A stretch of DNA of 64,000 bases from Isurus oxyrinchus (lineage: Eukaryota): NCBI GenBank assembly GCA_026770705.1, contig JANJGN010000040.1, forward strand, positions 3,720,001 through 3,784,000. Direction: 5' to 3'. Position 1 is the stretch's first letter, and each line of letters opens with the position of its first letter. A program made the position numbers and the translations under genes. Below are positions 1 through 10,844 of the stretch, one piece after another. The notes beneath the pieces were generated by a model. That model had not been told where the DNA came from. It searched no databases and worked only from the letters and a program-made list of their open reading frames with translations.

Positions 1-600
1 CAGCTAACTCTAGTTTTCTGCTTTCTGTCTCCCTCCCTTTTTGAATAAAGGAGTTACATTTGCTATTTTTCAATCTAATTGAAACTTCCCCAAATCTGGG
101 GAATTCTGGGAAAATTAAAACAAATGCATCAACAATCTCACTAGCCACTTCTTCCAATTTCCTCAATACCACTTCCCAGGTAATTTTCCCCGAGTTCCTC
201 TTCCTGATTGACAGGAATTTCCTCCATTTCCTGATTTACAGCTCTTTCCAGGAGATTACTTGTGTCGTCTATCGTGAAGACCGAAGCAAAATAACTGTTC
301 CATTCATCCGCCATCTCCCTACTTTCTATTTTCAATTCTGCAGACGCATTTCCAGAGGACCAAAGCTCACTTTGTTAACTCTATTCTTATTAAATATCTG
401 TAGAAATTCCTCCCATCCGTCTTTATATTACTAGCTAGCTTTCTCTCATACTCTATTTTTTGCCCTTCTCATTAATATGTTTCCTTACTGTTCTTTTTAT
501 TCTTTCCAATCTTCCGATATATAATTATACCCTTTTCCTTTAACTTTGATTCTGTCTCTAATTTTCTCAGTAAATCATGGACGGCGGGCCCTCCCCTGAG
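1..600 (-). mobile_element. Decayed CR1 LINE ORF2 fragment
   Basis: Minus-strand translation EMADEWNSYFASVFT resembles the CR1 ORF2 linker before the RT domain; the frame is disrupted. Confidence 0.7.
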
Positions 601-679
601 AACATACACATTCCAATCAGAGCGAAAAATTCCATGAATTCTGAGATATCCCTTTAAATATCTGCCACTGCCTATCCCT

Positions 680-770
680 TCGCCATGATCTCATTGAATG
701 ACGGAGCAGGCTCGAGTGACTGAGGGGCCTACTACTACTCCTGCCCCTGGTTCGTATGGTCCTAGCTATG
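680..770 (+). mobile_element. CR1 3' tail fragment
   Basis: GCCATGATCTCATTGAATGACGGAGCAGGCTCGAG...CCTACT..CTCCTG matches the CR1 3' UTR seen near 29640, 35180 and 49385. Confidence 0.6.
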
Positions 771-1065
771 TTAGTACCAGAATTAACCAAAGTAATTCCA
801 CTCTCACATACAGCAGTGAAGATAAACAGATGCAGTATATGTTTCAAAGATTCCCAAATGTTGACAATGACTTTCACATCCCTATTCAATACCAGAAACT
901 GACAGATACAGACTGAATTCTACACTCTGATTGCGGATCAGATGTTGGCATGTCCGTTATTCTCAAACACAGACCGGGTTCTGGGAGAGAATGCGAATTG
1001 CACATTCGGAGAGCAGCACAGACTGAAATATATACAATCAATGCCACACTGATTTACAGCGCCAG

Positions 1066-1154
1066 AAACTGAGAAACTCATGAGTGAATCTCATTTCCAG
1101 TTCCATAAACTGAAAAACTCATGAGCGAATTTCATTTCAAGTTCTATAAACTGA
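1066..1154. repeat. 41-bp tandem duplication
   Basis: AAACTGAGAAACTCATGAGTGAATCTCATTTCCAGTTCCAT repeated at 1066 and 1107, with the start of a third copy at 1148. Confidence 0.85.
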
Positions 1155-1256
1155 CAAGAACAGGATACAGCAGACACACACTGTACCTCAGCTTCAAGAA
1201 CAGAATGCACCCACTGTACTCTATCCCCCTACCTCACACAGTATCCGAGTGAGTAA

Positions 1257-1306
1257 CAAAAACAGAATTACCTGGAAAAACTCAGCAGGTCCGGCAGCAT
1301 CAGCGG
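1257..1306 (-). mobile_element. Truncated Penelope-type short element with 14-bp target-site duplication
   Basis: CAAAAACAGAATTACCTGGAAAAACTCAGCAGGTCCGGCAGCATCAGCGG (nearly identical to 39942-39990) is flanked by ATCCGAGTGAGTAA at 1243-1256 and 1307-1320. Confidence 0.8.
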
Positions 1307-1507
1307 ATCCGAGTGAGTAAGTCGCACACATTAGCATAACTTCAGAGTACCAGAAGGAACCCTGCATTCCCGGACGGTCCCTGCAGCGACAGCCAGGCAA
1401 CGTTTCCCAATATATCTTTACACACGGAGAAATTTTGGCTGGAGAGAAGCTTATAAAATGTTCACCTGGTTGCAGTAAATGGGCTAATGGTGGAGAAGTC
1501 GAAATTT

Positions 1508-1637
1508 GATTGGATATTTATAGACACCAATCGGAATAATATAAAAGAATAGGCTGTTATAATTTGTAAAAATGTCCAATCAAAATCACGGTTCTCCAAT
1601 CCCTCATTAGCATAGATCTGGGAGACTGTCTATTTAA
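1508..1637 (+). promoter_or_regulatory. H2B promoter (CCAAT boxes, variant octamer, TATA)
   Basis: ATTGG/CCAAT near 1509, 1527, 1576 and 1596; ATTAGCAT at 1606-1613 (canonical H2B octamer ATTTGCAT); TATTTAA at 1631. Confidence 0.7.
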
Positions 1638-1682
1638 TCGGCGCTCGGAAGGGGTTTGGTTTATTTGTGTCTGAAAGTGACG

Positions 1683-2057
1683 ATGGTTGATGAGAAGAAA
1701 CCAGCTTCCAAGAAGGGAGGCAAGAAAGCCTTAAAGAAACCGATAGCAAAGGGCGGCAAGAAGCGGCGAAAGTCCAGGAAGGAGAGTTATGCCATCTACA
1801 TCTACAAAGTGATGAAGCAGGTTCACCCCGACACCGGCATCTCCTCCAAGGCCATGAGCATCATGAACTCGTTCGTGAGCGATATTTTCGAGCGCATCGC
1901 GGGTGAGGCTTCCCGCCTGGCCCATTACAACAAGCGCAGCACCATCAGCTCCCGGAAGATCCAGACCGCCGTGCGCCTGCTGCTGCCCGGGGAACTGACC
2001 AAGCACGCCGGGTCTAAAGGGACAAAGGCGGTGACCAAGTACACCAGCTCCAAGTAA
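1683..2057 (+). CDS. H2B: Histone H2B, open ORF with atypical substitutions (possibly a young pseudogene)
   Basis: [10 protein letters not shown]...[32 protein letters not shown]...[10 protein letters not shown]; changes versus canonical E93K, A107T, V111G, E113K. Confidence 0.9.
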   Translation: MVDEKKPASKKGGKKALKKPIAKGGKKRRKSRKESYAIYIYKVMKQVHPDTGISSKAMSIMNSFVSDIFERIAGEASRLAHYNKRSTISSRKIQTAVRLLLPGELTKHAGSKGTKAVTKYTSSK

Positions 2058-2096
2058 ATTCCCAGAACTGACTGAAACACACATTCACAACACAAC

Positions 2097-2139
2097 GTCT
2101 CTTTTAAGAGCCACCCACAGTCTCTTTGAAAAAGCTATA
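2097..2139 (+). promoter_or_regulatory. Histone 3' stem-loop (one stem mismatch) and HDE
   Basis: GTCTCTTTTAAGAGCC then ACCCA (canonical GGCTCTTTTAAGAGCC); purine-rich GAAAAAGCT downstream. Confidence 0.85.
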
Positions 2140-2976
2140 ACATCTCAATTTTTATTTTGTCATAATTTAAATTTGAACATTTCGAACTATGTTATTTTCA
2201 TGCTATTTCCCTCATATTCGGGCTAATGTAGATTTATCACTCGCTCAATTCTAAGGTCCTGATAATAATGCCCCATAAATGAATGTCTGCCCGCTCACCC
2301 TCTGCGCTTTGTTCTCAGACACGTTCATATCCGGCCCCTTTCCCTGGTTTTGGAGAGAGAGAGAATAGAACGCAAATGCGTCAGTTTCCAGCTCTGGTCA
2401 AGTTTGGTCTCAATAATCGATCCGTTCATTTCCTATCAGCTCCGGTTGTGTCGGAACCTACAGTCACAACGCTGGCAAATTTACACCAGACATGTTCGCT
2501 TTTGACTCTCACGAATACCTACAATATAGCGTCCATTTGTAGAACGATATCAATGACACTTTGCCGGCCGTTTACAGGGTGGAAATTAACCCCGAATAGA
2601 TCCCATATTGTAAAAGCGAATCTGGAACTTGGGATAAAATGTGAAATAGTCCCATCAGGGACGGGTAATTTTAAAACTTTGTCGTCAGACCGAGTTCACT
2701 TTCTACATAAGAATTTCTACATGAAACGTATTTCTTGTTTTATAAATCTATCGGCCGCCTCTTCGATGTCGAAAAGCGTAAATTTCGAGTCGTTATTTTC
2801 GGGTTGTTTTCAGGTTCAGATAAATTCAGACTGAAAATCAGAAACAGACAAATAGAGATGAATTGTAAAATAGAGAAAGGGAGAGTGAAATTAAGTAAAT
2901 CTAACATTCCTATACTAAATACTGAATTACATATTTCCAATTAACACTATGTTCTGTCTGGTTTTTTTTTACAAAT

Positions 2977-3165
2977 TTGGCGGGCTTTGAAAATTTGAAA
3001 AAAAAATCGGTTGGAATTTGGCGCCGTCATTTTCCGCCCTCACTCAGTGGAGTCTCCGGATTGGTGAGTTCAGTAGATATCTGATTGGTGATATGAACAT
3101 TGAGACGCAGCACAACGTGACCAATCAGCAATGCCCGCAGCACCATTCATCCCGAAGATATAAGA
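2977..3165 (+). promoter_or_regulatory. H2A promoter (E2F/CDE-CHR-like, CCAAT boxes, TATA)
   Basis: TTTGGCGGGCTTTGAAAATTTGAAA at 2977, TTTGGCGCCG at 3017, ATTGG/CCAAT near 3060, 3084 and 3121, GATATAAGA near 3157. Confidence 0.7.
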
Positions 3166-3178
3166 GAAGCGAATGTGA

Positions 3179-3616
<438 letters not shown>

Positions 3617-3646
3617 AGCGGCCATTCTTTAATCTAATAACCCAAA

Positions 3647-3686
3647 GGCTCTTTTCAGAGCCACTCACAGAGTCTGAAAAGGGCTG
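3647..3686 (+). promoter_or_regulatory. Histone 3' stem-loop and HDE
   Basis: Perfect GGCTCTTTTCAGAGCC at 3647-3662; GAAAAGGGCTG downstream. Confidence 0.92.
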
Positions 3687-3712
3687 CTCACTGTCTGACC
3701 TCATTTCATTCT

Positions 3713-3803
3713 GGCTCTGAAGAAGCGTCATGCCGATTTGAAGCGATAATTCCCCCTCTCCACAGGTGCTGCCAGACCTGCTGAAATTTTCCAGCATTTT
3801 CAT
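3713..3803 (+). mobile_element. Penelope-type short element with degenerate hammerhead motif
   Basis: CTGAAGA-AGCGTCATGCCGATTT-GAAG-CGAT followed by the family arm CTCCACAGGTGCTGCCAGACCTGCTGAAATTTTCCAGCATTTTC. Confidence 0.65.
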
Positions 3804-4196
3804 TAAACATACTAGGTTTTATACTGGTGTGTTTTGCAGCGAAGCTGAGAAAAGTCATTTTCGCTCTACATGCCTTTCAACCCGGTTTCAATTCGCATTC
3901 ATTAACCGAGGCAGATAGAAAACTTCTACTGATGGGCTAAATCACCGTGAATAACGACAGTTCCGGGTCTGACAAACATGCACGGTATGGGTTTCCTTAA
4001 TGTCACGGTTCAATAGATGTTGAAGAGAAAATGGGGTGAGTCGTTCTTCCACTATGTTGGAGTAGGACATTGGAGTCTGGAGAGTTAATACACCGCTCCA
4101 CTCCCCACAAAGACATCAACAACCTTAATAAATTAACTAATGACAGAAGAAGAATGAAATCATGCTAAAGCTGCTTTTCAAGCAGTTACAGCTTCA

Positions 4197-4616
<420 letters not shown>

Positions 4617-4659
4617 TCACTCAGATCGCTGCAGAAAATGAGACACGAGCTTCTTCACG

Positions 4660-4730
4660 TTCCTTTTATATAACCCGCCCTGACCTGACTGAGAAAGGGA
4701 CAGAGAATGAGGGGCGGGGAGGAGACTGAG
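4660..4730 (-). promoter_or_regulatory. H4 promoter (GC box, site II-like element, TATA)
   Basis: Minus strand CCCCGCCCC...CTTTCTCAGTCAGGTCAGGGCGGGTTATATAAAAG upstream of H4. Confidence 0.6.
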
Positions 4731-5802
4731 TGACAGACAGAAAAGATGCTCCGCCTCCTGCCTGTTCGAACTGCTGTTTTCGAATTCTGGGCACCATTAG
4801 TGAACAGGGTGCTCGAAACAAATCTTACTCAATGGAACATATTGTTTATCTATAGTTTGAAACCCGGATCTTTTAAATCTAGATCTGTCAGCAATATCCC
4901 GCCTAATTCCAGTCGCTTCTACAACCAGACTAACAGTCTGCATTCATTTCTAGGACAGCTTCTATTCCATTAACACACAACTCCCCTCCCAGAAGCATTG
5001 AGACTTTTACTGACACCTCTTCCAGCTGAATTGGAGAATATAATGTGTTTGGGATTGAGTTGTGACGCGGGGTTTGGCCGAGGATGAGTTTGAGAGAGTT
5101 GTAAATTACAAAGTAGTCAAGAGGTATGAGGAGCAGTCAGAGAAGGAGAACTCAGGTCACAAACACGCCAGACAGCCTCTAAACCAATTAGTCTGCAGGT
5201 GTAACAAGTGAATGGGACTAAGAACAAGATAAGATCGGATCACGGGCCTGCAATTTAGTTTATTCAGCAGGGATTCGAAAAGTTTTGCAAAGATTGAACC
5301 GGTCAGTGAAAGTGTCTGTCTAAGAACTGGAAATGAATACCGGCTGAAATTTAAAACGTTGATATTGGAATTTGTGACAGCAAATCAATTATTTTAAGGG
5401 AGGTGTTGGTCTAATTATTTCAGACAGAACTTCATCATCCCTTCCAGGATAAGTTGCATTTTTTTTATTGTTCAGTACTTTGTGGATATCTGCATGGAGC
5501 CGTTGTAGTTGGTCACTATCTTTGTCTCTTTCACGGCCCGTTCCCCAGGCAGCAACAGACCTTTTCCTGTCTCGATGTGTCCACAGAAACAGCAGGAGCC
5601 AATTTATTGTGGATTGGTGCCGTCTGCTGGCTTAACGTGAGACGTGCAAAGAGGTAACTTCTTTGGGGACATTTTAAATGAGTGTGAAACAACATAAATA
5701 TGGTGAGAATTATTCCAAACAGTTTATCATTCAGACACAACATGCCAAAGATATAGTGTGTTTCGCGGTACTATAAATGCTGACTGTAATTTAAAACAAT
5801 GT

Positions 5803-5874
5803 TCGATGGTGGTATAGTGGTGAGCATAGCTGCCTTCCAAGCAGTTGACCCGGGTTCGATTCCCGGCCATCGCA
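5803..5874 (+). tRNA. trnG-TCC: tRNA-Gly(TCC), position 1 mismatch
   Basis: TCGATGGTGGTATAGTGGTGAGCATAGCTGCCTTCCAAGCAGTTGACCCGGGTTCGATTCCCGGCCATCGCA; A and B boxes intact, TTTT at 5886. Confidence 0.9.
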
Positions 5875-5919
5875 GTAGTGACTTATTTTCAGCCTAATCC
5901 GTGGTCAGACCATAATTCT

Positions 5920-6152
5920 CAACACCGGTTAAAATATGCGTTGGGGTTCTTACAGTTCCACGCTCTGTAAGATTGGTCTTATCGGCAACCTTGTAAACAG
6001 GGCCCGATCCATTTGCTCACCATGCAAGCTTAATGCTGAAATCGGGCTCATCAAAGCCATCCTGCAGGTTAATGGCTACCCTGATCAGATCATTTCGCGC
6101 TGTGTATCACACAAGCTCATGACCGGGCCTGAGACCGTCACCTTCCACCCTG
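5920..6152 (+). mobile_element. Penelope-like element RT C-terminal/linker fragment
   Basis: RWGSYSSTLCKIGLIGNLVNRARSICSPCKLNAEIGLIKAILQVNGYPDQII matches the PLE pattern K..LV.RA..ICS...L..E...I...L..NGYP. Confidence 0.8.
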
Positions 6153-6360
6153 AAGTATATTCTCCATCAGTATAAATTGTTGTCTTCCCCTTATATTGGT
6201 TTTCTTGGGAGTGTCCTGTTGAGTGCAGAAGGAAAAGCTTTGACATGTCTCTTTTTTCAGCCACACTCAAATAAATTGACGCTAATGTTCAATTTGTAAA
6301 CCTGTTTCAGCTCTGCCAGTTTGGCTCAGTCAATCTGCGGTCCATTTTCTTTTTGATCTT

Positions 6361-6535
6361 GGAAAAACTCAGCAGGTCTGACAGCATCTGCGGAGGGGAA
6401 TACAGTTGACGTTTCGAGTCCGTATGGCTCTTCATCAGAACACTCTGTATTCCCCTCCGCAGATGCTGTCAGACCTGCTGAGTTTATCCAGGTGTTTTTA
6501 TTTTTGTCTAGATTTCCAGCATCCGCAGTAACTTT
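6361..6535 (-). mobile_element. Fold-back Penelope-type element enclosing a hammerhead core
   Basis: 45-bp inverted arms 6361-6405 and 6445-6489 (one mismatch), then the family tail GATTTCCAGCATCCGCAGTA. Confidence 0.85.
6405..6441 (-). ncRNA. Minimal type I hammerhead ribozyme motif
   Basis: Minus strand GTT-CTGATGA-A-GAGCC-ATACG-GACTC-GAAA-C-GTC-AAC: CUGAUGA and GAAA cores, GUC triplet, palindromic ACGU in place of helix III. Confidence 0.7.
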
Positions 6536-6717
6536 TTTTCTTTTTGATGTTTGTTGGTTGGTGAAATAAGCTGCTCTCTGATTGGCTACAAAAGCCGCCC
6601 AATGAGATTCCGAACACTGACCTTTCAGAAGTGGCCGACTGCATTCGCCAGAAGATTGGGGAAGGGTGAGTGCGGGAGGAATTCTTTATTCGTGGTGTAA
6701 GTGTGTGTAAGTTTGTA

Positions 6718-6860
6718 GAAAGACCGGCGGGAAAGCCCAGGGCAAAGACAAAGCCAAAGCCAAGTCTCGCTCCCCCCGGGCCAGAATGCAGCTCCCCGCT
6801 GGCCGTGTTCGCAGGCTCCTGAGAAAGAGCAGCTATGCTGAGCGTGTGGCTGCTGGAGCG
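6718..6860 (+). pseudogene. H2A: H2A 5' fragment pseudogene
   Basis: AAGACCGGCGGGAAAGCC...GCCAAGTCTCGCTCC...GGCCGTGTTCGCAGGCTCCTGAGAAAGAGCAGCTATGCTGAGCGTGTG aligns to 3239-3368; no ATG, truncated; CCAAT boxes at 6581-6603. Confidence 0.85.
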
Positions 6861-7179
6861 CTCCGCTCTTCCGATTGTAACATTCCCGGCCGCTTTCAGG
6901 GGACAGGGTCAGAAACGGGCCGTTTCTCTCTGTCCCGGTGAAGCCTGTGTGAAGGAGTCGGTCGGTAACCTATGTTACTGCGTTTCCAGTGAGCTGAGAT
7001 TGGCTCTGTTTTAAATCGCTGCTTTGTTCCCGCCAGTTGCAGATAAAAAATTGACAAATTTAATCTGTTCCTAAAATACCGCCAGGATTCTGTGATGCAA
7101 AATGCAGTATTACAGCTCCTAAAGTGTGAGATTAAAATTGTTGCCTGGAAATTAAGGCGTTCATAACTTTTTCCCCCCA

Positions 7180-7310
7180 AAAATTGGCGTGCTTTTCGAA
7201 TTTGAAAATATAAGCCAATCGGCACTTCCAATTCCTGTTACCTGGCTCTCCGATTGGTTGACGATTTGGGTAGAGCATGGACTGACCAATCAGAGCTAGA
7301 GGCTGGCTAA
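7180..7310 (+). promoter_or_regulatory. Orphan histone-type promoter relic
   Basis: AAATTGGCGTGCTTTTCGAATTTGAAAA...CTCCGATTGG...TGACCAATCAG parallels the H2A promoter 2974-3128; no histone ORF follows. Confidence 0.55.
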
Positions 7311-8924
7311 AACCTCTCAAAGCATTCATAATGATTATTTATACAGGTTAAACTGATGGAATCTGTATCTTCTACCTCACCTGTACTTGAGTCCTAAAAT
7401 ATATATTTTCCCAACAGGCAAATAATGGAAGGAACCAGAATAAACGTGGTGTTTCCTCCAGCCAAGCTAGAATGAAGTTTCCCGCCAGCTCCTCCGACAC
7501 AGTCCGTACATTATCACTGACAGAGCGCAGAGACACAGACAGGTCATCAATTTCACAGTCTCAGACAGCAGAAATAGTTCCAGAGTCACACTTTCCATCC
7601 ATCAATCAAACAGTGCAGGAGAGATAGATGTTGTTCCAATGTTACCTCGACTCAGTACCACAGACGGGTAGTCCAAATTCTCACGCATGATCCAATTTTC
7701 ACCAGGTCAATCCCACAATATTACAGCCTCAGCTACAAACTAAATGTCAAATAAAACTGATACGTGTTTGCAGTTTCAAGTTTCCAGTCTTAACCTTCAT
7801 AATATACACTGAGATTCATGTTAAGCACCGGTGCAATATTTACACACATCATTAGTTTATAAATTGCAGTATTAATTCTCACGTTGTGTCCTGACACATC
7901 ATTAGATGCAAATCCAAATCTCAATTACATTATCAGTTTGAGATATTCTGAAAGTGAGTATAACCTGAGATACAAACTCAGACTCTAGTTAAAACTCACC
8001 CTGATTATGAAACTGAGATACAATATTAATTTGATGGATATGAATTGAGCTATGAACTCCATGCTAATTCTCAATCCTCACACAGTGTCAAATTAAAGAT
8101 ACTTTACCAATTCAGGACTGAGCTCCATTTTGCATTTGTGTGGAAATTCTGACTCAGAATCAGACTGAATGCCACATATCAAATCATTTCATACAAGCTG
8201 GAGTTACACTTGCGGACCAATCCAGGATCAGATTGAAGGATACATTATCTATCACAATTGTGTTCACAGTGACAGATTTAATACTCAGCCAAAGCTGACA
8301 CCCGTTGTTTGCTTTAAACCTACCATTTCAGTGGCCTGTTGTTCGGCTGGAAATGTATGTGGAATGAATCCAAAATTATTAATTAGTCCTAGACACTCAA
8401 GGTTATATAACGAATCCCACACTCACAGAAGCAGAGAATAATTCTCAAGCACATTTTCAGTGCCAGATGCTGAAAGATACGGGCTGTTCACTGCATTCAC
8501 TCACAATGGCTGAATCTGAGTGATACTAAAGCAATATGACACACCAATTGTACCACTGAGAAATTGAGAAAGAGTCCAAGAATCACACAGATTAACAGAT
8601 GCTGATGGATACAAATGGAAGACCACACACTAACACACACACACTATAACTTCTACTTTCAGATACAATACCGAAGATTGGAAAATTCCAATTGAATCTA
8701 ACGATTTTTAATAATACCAAAGATGGACAGATGTAAAATTAATCCCACTGACAGATACAGAATGAATCTCATGCACAGAAACAGAACCAAGTAATGAAAG
8801 AAACACACTTACTTTACAATCACACAGACACAGAGTGTCATTGACAGATCTGTAATGAATCTTATGCTCACACACATTACGAGAGTCTGACATGTATGTA
8901 ACGGATACAGAGTGGATACTACAC

Positions 8925-9141
8925 TCAAAATCCTGACTTGGAAATATATTGCTGTTCCTTCACTGTCACTGGGTCAAAATCCTGGAACTCCCTTCCGAAT
9001 AGTACTGGGAATGTGCCTAAACCACATGCAATGCAATGGTCCAAGAAGGTAGCTCACCACCACCTTCTCAAGGGCAACTAAGGATGGACAATAACTGCTG
9101 ATCTAGCCAGCGAAGCTAACACCCCATGAATGAATAAAAAA
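8925..9141 (+). mobile_element. LINE (CR1/L2 group) 3' end
   Basis: CCTGACTTGGAAATATATTGCTGTTCCTTCACTGTC...CTCAAGGGCAACTAAGGATGG...GAATGAATAAAAA; same tail at 59455-59708. Confidence 0.75.
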
Positions 9142-9977
9142 GGGCACCAAAGACTTCAAATTCAGAATGATTTCCACGTTGACATACAGTAGTACTGGCT
9201 GATAGGATTAAACACACACACACACACACGGTGAAGAGATTCAGAATGAGTCCCAAACTCATTTGCATTACCAGAAAGTGATTGAGAACAAAACACTTGC
9301 ACACCTACAGTCCTACTTTAAAAAGTATCCCGACGCTCATACAGTACCAGAAAATGCAATGTGCCTTCTTAATATGACACAGGTATATTGTACCAGAGAA
9401 TGACAGACACAGAATGACTGCAGCACTCACTTTCAGTAGCAGAAGGTGACCGACAGAGCAAAATTCTTCCACACATACAGTTCCACTGACAGTTTCAGAA
9501 TGTAACCCACCTCTCTCAGTATCAGAAAATGAAAGATAGGAATGGAATATAACACAAATATAATGTACAAGAGAGTGACTGTGACAGAATAAATCCAAAC
9601 ACACTGGTAGTTCTGCTGACAACTTCTCCACACTCACATACAGTAACCAAGACTGACAGGTTCAGAATATCTCTCAGTTTCACACAGTACCAGTGAGTGA
9701 CATTGAAAATAAATCCCACGTTCACAAAATGGGCCAGAAAAGGGCAGAGAAAAATGTATCTCACTCTCAAATACAAAACAACGGTCTGACGATTTCAGCA
9801 CAACATTGTAACTACTGCTGATATAAGAAAATATTACGAAATGTCATCTTCACCGTTAGTAATTCCAAATACCTCCCTTTGCCGTGCAATAAAATGTGAA
9901 CGGTTCATGTCTGTTCTGTCGCTCTCTGACTGTGCTGACATCTACTGGCCAGAGCTGAGAAGTGCAACAGAGCGGAA

Positions 9978-10140
9978 CTTTTTTTTATTAATTCGCTGGC
10001 TCGGCCAGCATTTATTGGCCATTCCTAAGTGACATTGAGAAGGTGGTGATGAGCTGCCTTCTTGGACCGCTGCAGTCCCTGTGGTGTAGGTAGACCCAAA
10101 ATGCTGTGAGGGAGGAAGTTCCAGGATTTTGATACAATGA
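9978..10140 (-). mobile_element. LINE (CR1/L2 group) 3' end fragment
   Basis: Reverse complement of the tail at 8925-9141. Confidence 0.7.
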
Positions 10141-10844
10141 CATTAACTGTGTGTGTTGCAGAAACAGCTCAATATGAGTAATTAGTGATGGGACGTGATA
10201 GGGTGGACATAGAGGTGTCAACAATCAGTTCAAAGAGATTTCGATATTACCTTATTTTCCCACTGAGTCGGTAGAATTTAGAATTGGCTGTCATATTGAG
10301 CAGTCAAGACGATTAGCACAGCTGTATTTTAGGGAAAGCAAGATAAGCATAGGAGAGGGAATAGATTTCATGGATAAACAGGTAATCTTACATCAAGTAA
10401 ACTGGATTAAAGATCGTTAGCAATAATGTACCAATGTGTCCAAATGGCCCAATGAAGCATGTTCTTGGTAGAATGAATACCGATTTTCAAAGTGCTTCAG
10501 AGACTCACAGATATATAATGAATCCCACACACACGTAGTGTACCAGAGACAGAGCAATGCAGAGTGAATCATACACTCACACACACCTCCAGAGACTGAC
10601 GAATACATAATGAATCCCCCACTCACATAGTTTTCCAGAGAGAGCAATGCAGAATGAATCACACATCCCCAGAGGCTGACAAATACATCATGAATCAGAC
10701 ACTCAAATCCTTTACCAGGGATAGAGCGATACAGAATGAATCTGGCACTTATACACATGGAATCTTAGAATAGTTACACCACAGAGAAAGCCCATTCGGC
10801 CCTTCGTGTCTCTGGTGGTTCTCTGCCAGGGAAACTCTGGTCAA

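Larger units (their letters stand above)
7500..10760 (+). repeat. Highly degenerate ~42-46 bp satellite-like array (interrupted)
   Basis: Recurrent AAT(T/C)CCACACTCACATACAGTA.CAGAGACTGACAGA units, e.g. near 8413, 9470, 9628 and 10520-10690. Confidence 0.6.

Noticed and set aside
1656-1682. N-terminal extensions of H2B (and of H2A at 3218) in the ORF track
   Set aside because: They begin at TTG/GTG in the 5' UTR; the true ATGs are at 1683 and 3224.
2283-2834. 183-aa ORF between H2B and H2A
   Set aside because: No recognisable domain, histone motif or 3' signal; treated as a chance intergenic ORF, although no database search was possible.
6361-6535. Fold-back as a MITE, pre-miRNA or retrozyme
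   Set aside because: Single-arm copies with a long TSD and T-rich tail point to retroposition rather than a DNA transposon. No tandem direct hammerhead repeats exist here, so circular retrozyme RNA is unsupported. There is no evidence for miRNA processing.
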